Assembly (NCBI GenBank): GCA_043788995.1 | Contig: JAYWII010000121.1 | Span: 15,361 to 79,360 of the forward strand | DNA: 64,000 bases | Source of the DNA: Chitinophagaceae bacterium | Lineage (GTDB): Bacteria > Bacteroidota > Bacteroidia > Chitinophagales > Chitinophagaceae | Direction of reading: 5' to 3' | Shown here: positions 1 through 9,998 of the stretch, one piece after another | Numbering within the stretch: the stretch's first letter is position 1 | Layout of the letters: each line of letters starts with the position of its first letter | Translations under genes and position numbers: made by a program | The notes under the pieces: model-generated | What the model was told of the DNA's origin: nothing | Database searches by the model: none | What the model saw: the letters and a program-made list of their open reading frames with translations, nothing else

Positions 1-548
1 TGACTTCCTGTATTTAATTTAACACCTATCCCTACCATTAAATTTCCTTTGGCAGCTTTAGCAGGATCAAACAACCAGTAGTTGGCGCTGATCCGGATAT
101 CGCCAAGGCCTTTGGCATATACGCTGTAGCGGAAAGTATCTTTTACAGGTGCTGATTGCCTTAATACTTGTGAACGTTCATTGCTTACATAAGGAATGGT
201 GGCGTTCAGTTGTAACCTGTTGGTTAATCCGTAAGAAAAATTAAAATCCAGTGCATGAGAATAAATGTTTACCGCATTACCCCTGTCCTTTCCGTCTAAG
301 CCTATGCCTCCATTTGTATGCTGCCTGTGCTCTTGTTCTTCTGTTCCAACAAAATGGCGCCAGGAATGAAAGTACCTGTAGGTGGCACCTACCTGCAAAC
401 TTCCTTTAGAAAGATTGTATGAATTGCCATACATGCCATTTGAAAATGTGGGAGCTCCGCCCATCTGGCGAACTGCTACGCAACCTTGTGCATTTGCGTA
501 ATTTGCTATAATAGATAATATAAATATTGAGAAAAGTGCTTTTTTCAT
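1..548 (-). CDS. Secreted/outer-membrane protein, probable beta-barrel 'transporter' family (3'-truncated by window edge)
   Basis: Not in the ORF track. My manual translation from ATG at 548 is MKKALFSIFILSIIANYANA|QGCVAVRQMGG...YRYFHSWRHFVG...LDFNFSYGLTNRLQLNATIPYV...GLGDIRISANYWLF, open to base 1. It has a signal peptide and amphipathic beta-strand patterns. Confidence 0.75.
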   Translation of the reverse strand, partial: MKKALFSIFILSIIANYANAQGCVAVRQMGGAPTFSNGMYGNSYNLSKGSLQVGATYRYFHSWRHFVGTEEQEHRQHTNGGIGLDGKDRGNAVNIYSHALDFNFSYGLTNRLQLNATIPYVSNERSQVLRQSAPVKDTFRYSVYAKGLGDIRISANYWLFDPAKAAKGNLMVGIGVKLNTGS

Positions 549-640
549 TTTTGTAAGTTTAGTTAGATTGGTTAATTAAAAATCCGTCTTTACAAAAAGT
601 TTAAGCCACTTTCAAAGTCATCAACGCATATTTAGCGCTG

Positions 641-1969
641 TTAATTCCGTTCTAATTTTAGTTTACCAACAATTAATGAACCTACTTTTTTACCATGCTC
701 ATTGCTTACTAAGCAGCTGGGATGAAAATGGATGCCTCCGTAAAAACGGGCCCAGTTATTTTCTTCTGCTGCCTGGCGAAATGAAGTGAATGAACGATTG
801 GCGATGCCAAACTCCAGTTCACTGGTATCGGTGTAAGCAAAATTATCACCATACATTTTTGTTAATGCTTCTGCTGCTGCTGCACTTACGGTACTGTGTC
901 CGCAGGTATATTCTGGAAATGGCGGCGTTTGCAAATAAGGTCTCCATTCCGGATCAATGTATTTGTTGATCACTGTTTCAGGACGAGCTGTATTGCTGCG
1001 GAATTTTTCATCCCAGCATTGAATAAATGCGTCAAACATCGCAATACCGGTAATTGTGTATGCAGCTACTGTTTTCCTGAAATTGGCTTTTGCCTTTTGT
1101 GATGCAATGCCTACTATGTTCATCCAGTGTCCCGGAGGTGAAAATTTTTTTGTTACAAACATCACATGGCCAGCCACATTCAGTTTTCCACCCAGGTCAT
1201 CCCAAAATTCAGCTATGTGTTTTTGTTCATCGGTCAAACTATCTACTGCATTTTTTACGGCCATCACCTGCTTATAATAATCACTGTTTTTATTAGTGAT
1301 ATCAAATTTAAAAGGTCTTGGCATCATAAATTGATTGGCACTATCCATTACTAATGTTCTTATCTCGTTCCAATGTGGTTCCAGCGCACTGGTATAAGCT
1401 GGCGGTGTAGGAACCCAACGGCCCGGACTATCATTCACGGTGTACCTGGGAGCGCTTCTTGTTTGAGCATAATTATCCTTTTTGCTCCATGCCAAGATCA
1501 CCTTTGAAATGGTATCAGCATAAGCAACCGAATGCTCAAACATTGCACTTGGCATATCAGAATCTTTTGCTGCTTTTTTCAAGCTGTCCACATAATCCTG
1601 CATGCTTCCCTCCGGAAACGTAACGGCTTCTCCCACTTTGCAAAATGAAAGCAGTGCTGCAAACTCATAATCTATTTTTTGAGTAGTATCAGGCTTAGGC
1701 ATTGCTGTTAACCCTTTGATCTGGCCTGCTAAAGAATTGTACTCATTGGGATAGCCACCGGCTATGCATTCATAAGCAGCAATATTAGCATACGCATAAT
1801 TCCTGGAAGCCACGATGGGAGCAAAGCCTACATGCTTTACCACTTCATTCAATTCTTTCACTGTTTTAGAATAAGCGAAAGCATCTTCAAAATAGGTTTG
1901 TTTAACCGGCTCGTTTTTACAACCGGAGAGTAGTAGCAATACCGCTATGAATGCAGATAAGATTTTCAT
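641..1969 (-). CDS. Vanadium-dependent haloperoxidase-like / PAP2 superfamily lipoprotein
   Basis: Lipobox LLSGC; K-x6-RP (KFRSNTARP), PPFPEYTCGHS and ARFYGGIHF motifs. Confidence 0.85.
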   Translation of the reverse strand: MKILSAFIAVLLLLSGCKNEPVKQTYFEDAFAYSKTVKELNEVVKHVGFAPIVASRNYAYANIAAYECIAGGYPNEYNSLAGQIKGLTAMPKPDTTQKIDYEFAALLSFCKVGEAVTFPEGSMQDYVDSLKKAAKDSDMPSAMFEHSVAYADTISKVILAWSKKDNYAQTRSAPRYTVNDSPGRWVPTPPAYTSALEPHWNEIRTLVMDSANQFMMPRPFKFDITNKNSDYYKQVMAVKNAVDSLTDEQKHIAEFWDDLGGKLNVAGHVMFVTKKFSPPGHWMNIVGIASQKAKANFRKTVAAYTITGIAMFDAFIQCWDEKFRSNTARPETVINKYIDPEWRPYLQTPPFPEYTCGHSTVSAAAAEALTKMYGDNFAYTDTSELEFGIANRSFTSFRQAAEENNWARFYGGIHFHPSCLVSNEHGKKVGSLIVGKLKLERN

Positions 1970-2127
1970 AAAAAATAAGTAAATAATCAGCGATGGAACA
2001 ATGGTTCACAAAGCTTTTGGTTAGCATTAACTTTAAAAGTATTTCCAAATATGATGACAATATTGTACAACACAATACTGTAGTAATGTTCTTGCTGATT
2101 GGAATTAAACTTTAAAAGTAGTTAAAC

Positions 2128-2685
2128 TTAAGCTGCATCCGGTGGCTGCTCTACAGTAGTGAAGAAAAGAGTTTTTTCGAATACGGAGTTTACCAAAACA
2201 TAATTATTTGTGAGTAGTTTACTATCACTATTAAGGGACAATACTGCCAGCTCTTCATATTCACTTAATACTTTCTGAAAAGATTTGCTTTCGCTGCCAG
2301 ATTTCTTTTTACTGTTATCCTGCTGAAAGTCATGTGCTGCCTGGGCGTAGTCGTTTCTTGACTCTTCAATTTTCATTTTTGCATGGTGTGGTATACACAG
2401 CATTTCAAGAGAGTCATTGTAAATACGGCTCTTTACATATTTGTATTGGATACCGTCAATTTCCACTTCACCGTCAATACGCTGAAAAGTTTCGTTGTTA
2501 GTATAATAAGGAAGATTGGTGGGTTGTTTAATGGAAATCAGATCGGATTCATTGTATCCTTTGTCATCCAGCGCCAGCTCTAATACAACGTCAGAGCGGC
2601 TTGCCATGTAATTATATACCAGCTGATACCCTGCAATGTTGAAGGTGAAAATACCGAGCATTAATATGGCTACGAGTTTTCTCAT
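2128..2685 (-). CDS. Hypothetical protein with N-terminal hydrophobic helix and C-terminal Pro-Pro tail
   Basis: 185-aa ORF with LCIPHH and terminal EQPPDAA; -7-like TACATTGCA at 2706-2698. Confidence 0.7.
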   Translation of the reverse strand: MRKLVAILMLGIFTFNIAGYQLVYNYMASRSDVVLELALDDKGYNESDLISIKQPTNLPYYTNNETFQRIDGEVEIDGIQYKYVKSRIYNDSLEMLCIPHHAKMKIEESRNDYAQAAHDFQQDNSKKKSGSESKSFQKVLSEYEELAVLSLNSDSKLLTNNYVLVNSVFEKTLFFTTVEQPPDAA

Positions 2686-2851
2686 TTGTTAGTGGGTTGC
2701 AATGTAGGAGATTTTTTTGAATTGAGTGGACTGTGCAGTTATTTTTTTGTTGAAAAAAAATCGATGCCGGGAAAGCGGGAAGCCGGGAATTATTATTTTT
2801 TATCTCATTCCCCTTCCTGATTACTTTCCATCAAGAATAGACTTTCCAAAA

Positions 2852-4894
2852 TCACTTTACGATAAAAGTTTTCTTCTCCACCCCAATCCCTTTCAGCGTA
2901 AGGCTTTTCCATTGTTTTGGCATAGTTGATTTTATTTGGGTGATACCGGTGGGTGTAATTTCCAATCCGCCAAAACCATTGAGCACCGACTGTAATATAC
3001 CGCCTGCCCCAGTGGCAAAATATGGGTTAGTGCCCCCCTTGGTTTCTGCCAGCACATTAAACGGTGGCAGGAAGTTAGGTACATACGCATCCTTAAAAAA
3101 GTGCCATGCTTTATCCTGTTCACCAATTCTTGCATAGAGCAAAGTGAAGATGGCCTGGGTCATAGCCGGCGTTCCTTCATCGGGAACTCTTGCAGAATAG
3201 TAATCCAGGTCCTTCTTTATTTGCCTGGGATCCGTAATTTCTTTCAATGGGTAGCTTAATAAATTCACGTCTGCCTGCTTAATACCCTCTCCATTGTAGG
3301 TGGCATGTTCTTTTGTAACACCATCCGCCATTTTCAAAACAGGAATATTGGCAGCTACATTCATCCAGTCGGCATCAGGTACTATGCCTAATAATTTTGC
3401 AGCATCGGTTGCATATTTTAAATTGGCTTTTGCAGCGGCGTTTGTAAAAGCATTATTGTCTACATTCTCCGCCCACTCATCTGCAGCCACTACATTTTTT
3501 ATATCGTATTGCCCTGGGCCATTTCTTTCTACCCGGCTTGCCCAAAAATCTGCAGTAGCCTTTAATATCGGCCAACCTTTTTCTCTCAGCCAGTTCTTAT
3601 CCTGTGTTACGCAATAATAATTCCATGCTGCCAGTGCAACATCTGCTGTAATATGATGTTCGAAGGGGCCACTCAATGCCCACACGGGAGTTTCCTCCGC
3701 ACCGGAGCCTGCACTCTCCCAGGGGTACATCGCACCTTTATATCCTTTTCCAAAAGCATTGCGTTTGGCTGCTTCTAATCTTTCAAAACGATATTCAATA
3801 ATGCCCTTTGCTATTTCCGGACGCAATTGCAAAATGGATGGAAACATCCACAACTCGGTATCCCAAAACACATGACCATTATAACCCAGTCCGCTTAACC
3901 CCATAGGAGAAGGGCTGTTGGAAGCTCCTTCTCTTACAAAGGAGTACAGATGATAGATCATGCTGTGTACATCCTGCTGGCTTTGTGGATCGCCTTCAAT
4001 TACGATGTCGCTCTTCCACATTTCGTCCCAGGCTTTGTTATGCATTTCTACCAGCCTGTCTCTGCCCTGCAGTTTGGCAAAGATGGTAAGGCGCTCTGCT
4101 TCATTCAGCGGATCATCATGATGTGCGGAAGTAATGGATGAACCTACAATGGAATAACGATAACTCTCACCCGCATTTATTTTTTTAGAGAACTTCACCA
4201 GGTGCATATTGTTATCCCACATTTCATGTATCACCCTTGGCTCGTTACCATGTGTTTCACTAAAGATAAAAGCATTGCTTGCACACATCAGCAATTTGCC
4301 TGTTGGACTTTTTGCTGATGAAGTGAGCAGACTAATAGTAGTATGTGGCCTGTCTATTTCATTATAATAATTCTGTACATCTTTTAATGCATCCGGTGCT
4401 TCCATCACGCTGGCACTACCGATAGTAATATTCTTTTTTGCAGTTATGGTAATATCCATAAGCACTGAAAAAGGCAGTTGCCTTAATGCATAATAAGTAT
4501 AGGATACGGTTGCCACATCTTTATAATTAAATGAAGTGGTGAAGTTGGCATGTTGCATATCCAGCGACTGCTGCATGTTGCTCACATCATTGTTGGATAA
4601 TCTTTTCCCATCAATCTCTAAATACATATTCAGCAGGTTAAAGCTTTTTAAAAAATTACTCACCCTGCCACGGCCATACAGGTCGTATGCACCAGCCAGC
4701 ACCACTTCTTTTACTTTAAATGCCTCAGCACTGCTTACGATACCAATTTGCCCATTAGCGACTGTGATTCCGTAATAATTAGAGGGGTCAATTTTAGCGG
4801 CAGTGATCTTCCAGGGATCGGGAGACTGAGCGATTATTATTGATTGAAATGTTATGCAAACGATAGCGGTTAATAAAAGGTATTTCTTTTTCAT
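2852..4894 (-). CDS. Glycoside hydrolase family 65, secreted, probably of the hydrolase (alpha-1,2-glucosidase/kojibiose hydrolase-like) clade
   Basis: Signal peptide; GYNGHVFWDTE, FEHHITADVA, VVAADEWAE, KQAD and FATGAGG motifs. Confidence 0.9.
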   Translation of the reverse strand: MKKKYLLLTAIVCITFQSIIIAQSPDPWKITAAKIDPSNYYGITVANGQIGIVSSAEAFKVKEVVLAGAYDLYGRGRVSNFLKSFNLLNMYLEIDGKRLSNNDVSNMQQSLDMQHANFTTSFNYKDVATVSYTYYALRQLPFSVLMDITITAKKNITIGSASVMEAPDALKDVQNYYNEIDRPHTTISLLTSSAKSPTGKLLMCASNAFIFSETHGNEPRVIHEMWDNNMHLVKFSKKINAGESYRYSIVGSSITSAHHDDPLNEAERLTIFAKLQGRDRLVEMHNKAWDEMWKSDIVIEGDPQSQQDVHSMIYHLYSFVREGASNSPSPMGLSGLGYNGHVFWDTELWMFPSILQLRPEIAKGIIEYRFERLEAAKRNAFGKGYKGAMYPWESAGSGAEETPVWALSGPFEHHITADVALAAWNYYCVTQDKNWLREKGWPILKATADFWASRVERNGPGQYDIKNVVAADEWAENVDNNAFTNAAAKANLKYATDAAKLLGIVPDADWMNVAANIPVLKMADGVTKEHATYNGEGIKQADVNLLSYPLKEITDPRQIKKDLDYYSARVPDEGTPAMTQAIFTLLYARIGEQDKAWHFFKDAYVPNFLPPFNVLAETKGGTNPYFATGAGGILQSVLNGFGGLEITPTGITQIKSTMPKQWKSLTLKGIGVEKKTFIVK

Positions 4895-5007
4895 ATAAGC
4901 GTATGTTTATGGAGGGCTAATTTACAATTATTATTCCCTTAAAACTTATCTTTAGCGAAAATAACTGCTTACCAATTTTTTTTGCCGACGATCATTTTTG
5001 CTTGCTT

Positions 5008-8000
5008 ATGAGAAATTATTTTCTTTTTTCAGTTACACTGCTGTTGCTTATTTCCTGCAATCAAAAGCAGCCCCTTTTTCATGAAGTAAAAAGTGACAAA
5101 AGTGGCATTCATTTCAATAATCAAATTAAAGATGATGATGAACTTAACCCATTGAATTACGAATATATTTATAATGGTGCTGGTGTGGGTATTGGTGATT
5201 TTAATAACGACAGCCTGCCAGATATTTATTTTACTGGTAACCGGGTGGCAAATAAACTATACATCAACAAGGGCAATATGCAATTTGAAGATGTAACAGA
5301 AGCGGCAGGTGTAAATGGAAATGGCAGGTGGTGCAAGGGAATAAGTGTGGTGGACATTAACAATGATGGACTGATGGACCTGTATGTGTGTGCTGCAGTG
5401 TTGGTTAACGACAGAAAAAATTTACTTTACATTAACCAGGGTGCTGATAAAAAAACCGGTATCCCTGTTTTTAAAGAAGCAGCTGAAGCATATGGATTGG
5501 CTGATAGTGCCAGTAACCAAATGGCTGCCTTTTTTGATTATGATAATGATGGTGACCTGGATGTTTATTTACTGATCAATGAACTGGATGCAACTTATCC
5601 AAATGAATTTCGCCCAATACATAAAGATGGAAGCTGGCCCAATACAGATAAACTGCTGCGAAATGACTGGAGTGATAGTTTGAAGCATGCTGTATTTACA
5701 AATGTTTCAAAACAGGCAGGTATTTTAATTGAAGGTTACGGGTTGGGAGTAAATATTGCCGACATCAACAGCGATGGCTGGAAAGATATTTATGTAAGCA
5801 ATGATTATCTCTCCAACAATCTTTTGTACATCAACAATCATGATGGAACGTTTACTGATCATTGTGCAGACTACTTTAAACATACCAGCAAAAATGCAAT
5901 GGGCAATGATATTGCCGACATCAACAATGATGGCCTGGCAGATATCATTGAACTGGATATGGCACCTGCAGATAATTACCGCCAAAAGATGATGATGAAT
6001 GATCTCAGTTATCAAACTTTTCAAAATGCTGCACAGTTTGGATACATGCATCAATACGTTAGAAACTGTTTACAATTGAACCAGGGGCCAAGGGTTTTGG
6101 AAAATGATTCCATTGGTGCGCCGGTATTTAGTGAGATCAGTTATTATGCAGGTATGGCACAAACAGACTGGAGCTGGGCTCCTTTAGCAATAGATGCAGA
6201 TAACAATGGTTACAGGGACCTGATGATCTCGAATGGTTTACCAAAGGATGTTTCTGATTTAGATTTTATTGCTTACAGAAGCAGGGCCACTGCCAATACT
6301 CCAATGAACCAGATGCTGCCACAATTGCCCTCTGTAAAGATCAGTAATTATATTTTTCAAAATAACGGAGACATCAGTTTTATTGATAAAACAAAAGACT
6401 GGGGATGGAACACTCCCACCTTTTCATCCGGTATGGCTTACGCAGATTTTGACAGGGACGGTGATATAGATGTGATAGTGAACAATACCAACATGGAAGC
6501 ATCATTGCTGGAGAATACATTGAATGAAAGCAGGGATAAAGAAAATAATTTTTTACGCATACAACTACAGGGAGATCCACTCAATAAAAATGGACTGGGT
6601 ACAATCATCCGTTTATACTACCAGGGCAAACAACAGTTTTACGAGTGTACACCTTACCGTGGCTATATGTCCAGTGTTGAAAATGTGGCACATTTTGGTG
6701 TTGGCAGCATAACTGTTATTGACTCTATAGTTGCTGTTTGGCCCAATGGGGAAAAACAAGTTCTAAAAAACATCAGCACCAATCAAACAATTAATATCAA
6801 TATAACACAGGCTGGTTCCACTGAAAATTACTCTACCCCGGTTATTGCAACCAATAATTGGTTTACCAATATTACCAACAAAACAGGGATCAGCTTTTTT
6901 TCACATGAGATGGATTTCATTGATTTCGATATTCAAAAAATGCTCCCTCATAAACTAACCCAGTATGGGCCCTCACTTGCTGCCGGTGATGTAAATGGAG
7001 ACGGGCTGGAAGACCTTATTGTTGGAGGTGGTTCTCCTACCTACGCAAGATTATTCTTACAAAAACCTGGTGGTTCTTTTGTCAGCAGTAAACTAATTGA
7101 TTCAACAAAGGAATTTAAATACCAGGATGATGGAGGTATTTGCCTGTTTGATGCAGACAACGACACTGATCTTGATCTGTACATTGCATCAGGCGGTGCT
7201 GAAAATGGACCGGGTTACAAGGCTTATGCAGATCATTTTTATGTTAATGATGGCAAAGGGAATTTTAAATTGAACAGTACTGCAATGGCAGGTAACTATA
7301 CAGCTAAAAGCTGTGTAAAAGCTGCCGACTATGATCATGATGGAGACCTTGACCTATTTATCGGTGGCCGGGTTTTCCCAGGTAATTATCCTCAAGCTGT
7401 CAGCAGCATCATTTTACAAAATGATACCAAAGATGGAAAAATAAAATTCACGAATGTTACTAAACAGGTGGCACCTGCATTGCAAAATATCGGGCTGGTT
7501 TGTGATGCCATTTGGAGTGATGCAGACAACGATGGAAATATTGACCTGGTCATTTCAGGTGAATGGATGCCCATTACTATTTTAAAAAACGTAAATGGAA
7601 AATTTACAAAAACTGAAACTAAATTATTGAATGAAACCGGCTGGTGGAACAGCATTACTGCAGCAGATATAGATAATGATGGCGACATGGATTATGTTGC
7701 CGGTAATTGCGGCATGAATGGATATTTAAAACCATCAGCATCCTTCCCGGTAAAAGTTTTTGGAAAAGACTTTGATAATAATGGAAGTTTTGATGCAGTC
7801 TACAGCACCTGGCTGCCATCTGCAATGAACGGCGAATTAAAAGAATATCCAGTAGCCAGGCGGGATGATTTTATCAAAGAGATGACTGTGATGAAAGAAA
7901 GATTTCCTAATTACGCAGCATATGCCGGGAAAGAAATGAAAGATATTTTTACAGAAGCGGAACTAAAAGGAGCGCTGCAATTATCTGTAAATAATTTTAA

Positions 8001-8562
8001 TACCTGCTGGATAGAAAATAAAGGCAACATGCAGTTTGAGTTGCATGCGTTACCAGCGCAAGCTCAGTGGGCACCTGTTTACGGAATTGTTGTAAATGAT
8101 TTTAACGGAGATGGAAATGTGGACATCGCATTGAATGGAAATGAATTTTCAATGACGCCTGTTCTTGGACGATACGATGCACTCAACGGTTTGATATTAC
8201 AAGGCGATGGCAAAGGAAATTTTTCACCGCTATCTATTTTACAAAGCGGTTTATATGTACCGGGAAATGGCAAATCACTGGCGCAAATAAATGTTAATGG
8301 GAAGCTGGTGTTGGCTGCAGGGCAAAATTCCGGGGCATTAAAATTCTTCCAGGATAAAGCTGCTGATGGAAATATCATATCATTAATGCAGGATGATATT
8401 TTTGCTAATGTGCATTTAAAAAATGGACAAACCCGGAAAGAAGAATTTAGTTATGGTTCTTCCTTCTTATCACAATCCGGCAGGTTTATTCAGTTAAACA
8501 CAGCTGTACAATCCATTGAAATAACAAACAATAAAAATCAAAAGAGAATCATTAAAAACTGA
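5008..8562 (+). CDS. FG-GAP/VCBS-repeat ASPIC-UnbV (CRTAC1-like) lipoprotein 1
   Basis: Many DxDxDG repeats; central RGYMSSVE...HFG ASPIC/UnbV segment; lipobox LLISC; ATG at 5008 preferred over TTG at 5002. Confidence 0.88.
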   Translation: MRNYFLFSVTLLLLISCNQKQPLFHEVKSDKSGIHFNNQIKDDDELNPLNYEYIYNGAGVGIGDFNNDSLPDIYFTGNRVANKLYINKGNMQFEDVTEAAGVNGNGRWCKGISVVDINNDGLMDLYVCAAVLVNDRKNLLYINQGADKKTGIPVFKEAAEAYGLADSASNQMAAFFDYDNDGDLDVYLLINELDATYPNEFRPIHKDGSWPNTDKLLRNDWSDSLKHAVFTNVSKQAGILIEGYGLGVNIADINSDGWKDIYVSNDYLSNNLLYINNHDGTFTDHCADYFKHTSKNAMGNDIADINNDGLADIIELDMAPADNYRQKMMMNDLSYQTFQNAAQFGYMHQYVRNCLQLNQGPRVLENDSIGAPVFSEISYYAGMAQTDWSWAPLAIDADNNGYRDLMISNGLPKDVSDLDFIAYRSRATANTPMNQMLPQLPSVKISNYIFQNNGDISFIDKTKDWGWNTPTFSSGMAYADFDRDGDIDVIVNNTNMEASLLENTLNESRDKENNFLRIQLQGDPLNKNGLGTIIRLYYQGKQQFYECTPYRGYMSSVENVAHFGVGSITVIDSIVAVWPNGEKQVLKNISTNQTININITQAGSTENYSTPVIATNNWFTNITNKTGISFFSHEMDFIDFDIQKMLPHKLTQYGPSLAAGDVNGDGLEDLIVGGGSPTYARLFLQKPGGSFVSSKLIDSTKEFKYQDDGGICLFDADNDTDLDLYIASGGAENGPGYKAYADHFYVNDGKGNFKLNSTAMAGNYTAKSCVKAADYDHDGDLDLFIGGRVFPGNYPQAVSSIILQNDTKDGKIKFTNVTKQVAPALQNIGLVCDAIWSDADNDGNIDLVISGEWMPITILKNVNGKFTKTETKLLNETGWWNSITAADIDNDGDMDYVAGNCGMNGYLKPSASFPVKVFGKDFDNNGSFDAVYSTWLPSAMNGELKEYPVARRDDFIKEMTVMKERFPNYAAYAGKEMKDIFTEAELKGALQLSVNNFNTCWIENKGNMQFELHALPAQAQWAPVYGIVVNDFNGDGNVDIALNGNEFSMTPVLGRYDALNGLILQGDGKGNFSPLSILQSGLYVPGNGKSLAQINVNGKLVLAAGQNSGALKFFQDKAADGNIISLMQDDIFANVHLKNGQTRKEEFSYGSSFLSQSGRFIQLNTAVQSIEITNNKNQKRIIKN

Positions 8563-8565
8563 TCT

Positions 8566-9903
8566 ATGAAAAAAACAATCCCTGCTTTTTTTGCGGTTGT
8601 TTTACTGGCATCTTTTATTTCTTCCTGTAAACAAAAGCAGCCGCTCTCCATCGATATAACAAAACTCCAGCACCAGTGTGTTCAACGCTTAACTGATGTA
8701 ATAGTATATGATATATTTACTCCGCCGGTTGCCGGCAGGATTTATGCTTACAGCAACCTTGCTTATTATGAAGCCTTAAGATTTAATGAAGCTAAGGCTT
8801 CTTCTATTGCTGCAAAACTAAAAGGCTTTGATGCAATTCCGCAGCCAGAAAAAAACAAAATATATGATTATACACTGGCTGCAGTAAAATCTTTTTTCAA
8901 TGTTGCCAGGGCACTTACCTTTTCAAAAGACAGTTTAACAATAACTGAAACCGGTTTATTAAAATCATTTAAAAATGCAACTGAGGAATCTGTTTATAAA
9001 AATTCGCTTGCATTGGGCGACAGCATTGCTGCTGTTATTTTAAAAAGAGCTGCGGTTGATAATTATAAAAAGACAAGGGGCATGCCCCGGTACAGTGTGT
9101 TTAAAGAAACAGGCAAATGGCAGCAAACGCCTCCTGACTATGCCGATGCAGTGGAGCCCAACTGGAGTCTGATTGAGCCATTATTACTTGACTCTGCTGC
9201 TCAATTTAAACCAGCGCCGCCGCCGTCATTTGATCTTGATAAAAACAGCCAATATTATAAAGAACTGATGGAAGTATTTACCATCAGCAAGCAGATCACT
9301 CCATTGCAGGATACCATTGCCCGTTACTGGGATGACAATCCTTTTGTAACAGAGCATACAGGGCATCTAATGTTTGCAAATAAAAAAACAACTCCGGGTG
9401 GTCACTGGATGGGTATCATTTCCATTTTGTGTCAGCAAACAAAAGCGGATGATATAAAAACAGCCAGTGCTTATGCTTATACATCCTGTGCCATTTTTGA
9501 TGGATTTATTTCCTGCTGGGATGAAAAATACCGGAGCAGTATGGTTCGCCCCATTACAGTGATCAGGGAAAATATAGCACCTGAATGGAACTCGTTATTA
9601 CAAACACCTCCGTTCCCTGAATATACCAGCGGGCATAGTGTGATCACTGCTGCTGCATCTGCTGTACTTTCTCAGCTCTTTGGAGATGCGGTAGCTTTTC
9701 ATGATACCACTGAACTGGAATATTTAGGATTAGAACGTTCTTTTATTTCAATCCAGGCAGCTGCCGATGAAGCTGGTATCAGTCGCCTGTATGGAGGTAT
9801 ACATTACCGGTCTGCTATTTCAGAAGGGAAAAAACAAGGCCAGCAGGTGGGGCAGTTTTACAACAATATTTTCAATTTATCCAAACAACCGGCTTTGCCT
9901 TAA
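8566..9903 (+). CDS. Vanadium-dependent haloperoxidase-like / PAP2 superfamily lipoprotein
   Basis: Lipobox FISSC; KYRSSMVRP, PPFPEYTSGHS and SRLYGGIHY motifs; starts 3 bp after the upstream stop. Confidence 0.88.
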   Translation: MKKTIPAFFAVVLLASFISSCKQKQPLSIDITKLQHQCVQRLTDVIVYDIFTPPVAGRIYAYSNLAYYEALRFNEAKASSIAAKLKGFDAIPQPEKNKIYDYTLAAVKSFFNVARALTFSKDSLTITETGLLKSFKNATEESVYKNSLALGDSIAAVILKRAAVDNYKKTRGMPRYSVFKETGKWQQTPPDYADAVEPNWSLIEPLLLDSAAQFKPAPPPSFDLDKNSQYYKELMEVFTISKQITPLQDTIARYWDDNPFVTEHTGHLMFANKKTTPGGHWMGIISILCQQTKADDIKTASAYAYTSCAIFDGFISCWDEKYRSSMVRPITVIRENIAPEWNSLLQTPPFPEYTSGHSVITAAASAVLSQLFGDAVAFHDTTELEYLGLERSFISIQAAADEAGISRLYGGIHYRSAISEGKKQGQQVGQFYNNIFNLSKQPALP

Positions 9904-9998
9904 CATAAAGTGAAAGTGTTTTTTTAAACCCTTTACTTTGCAAACAAATTCTTTAATAAATATTATAAATACTGTAACTCAAATAAAAATAATTTGAT

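Noticed and set aside
2766-2789. G-quadruplex or terminator
   Set aside because: Only three G-tracts and no complementary stem.
641-9903. Halogenated natural-product biosynthetic gene cluster
   Set aside because: No PKS, NRPS, terpene or RiPP precursor genes are present. The enzymes are lipoproteins in a SusCD import context.
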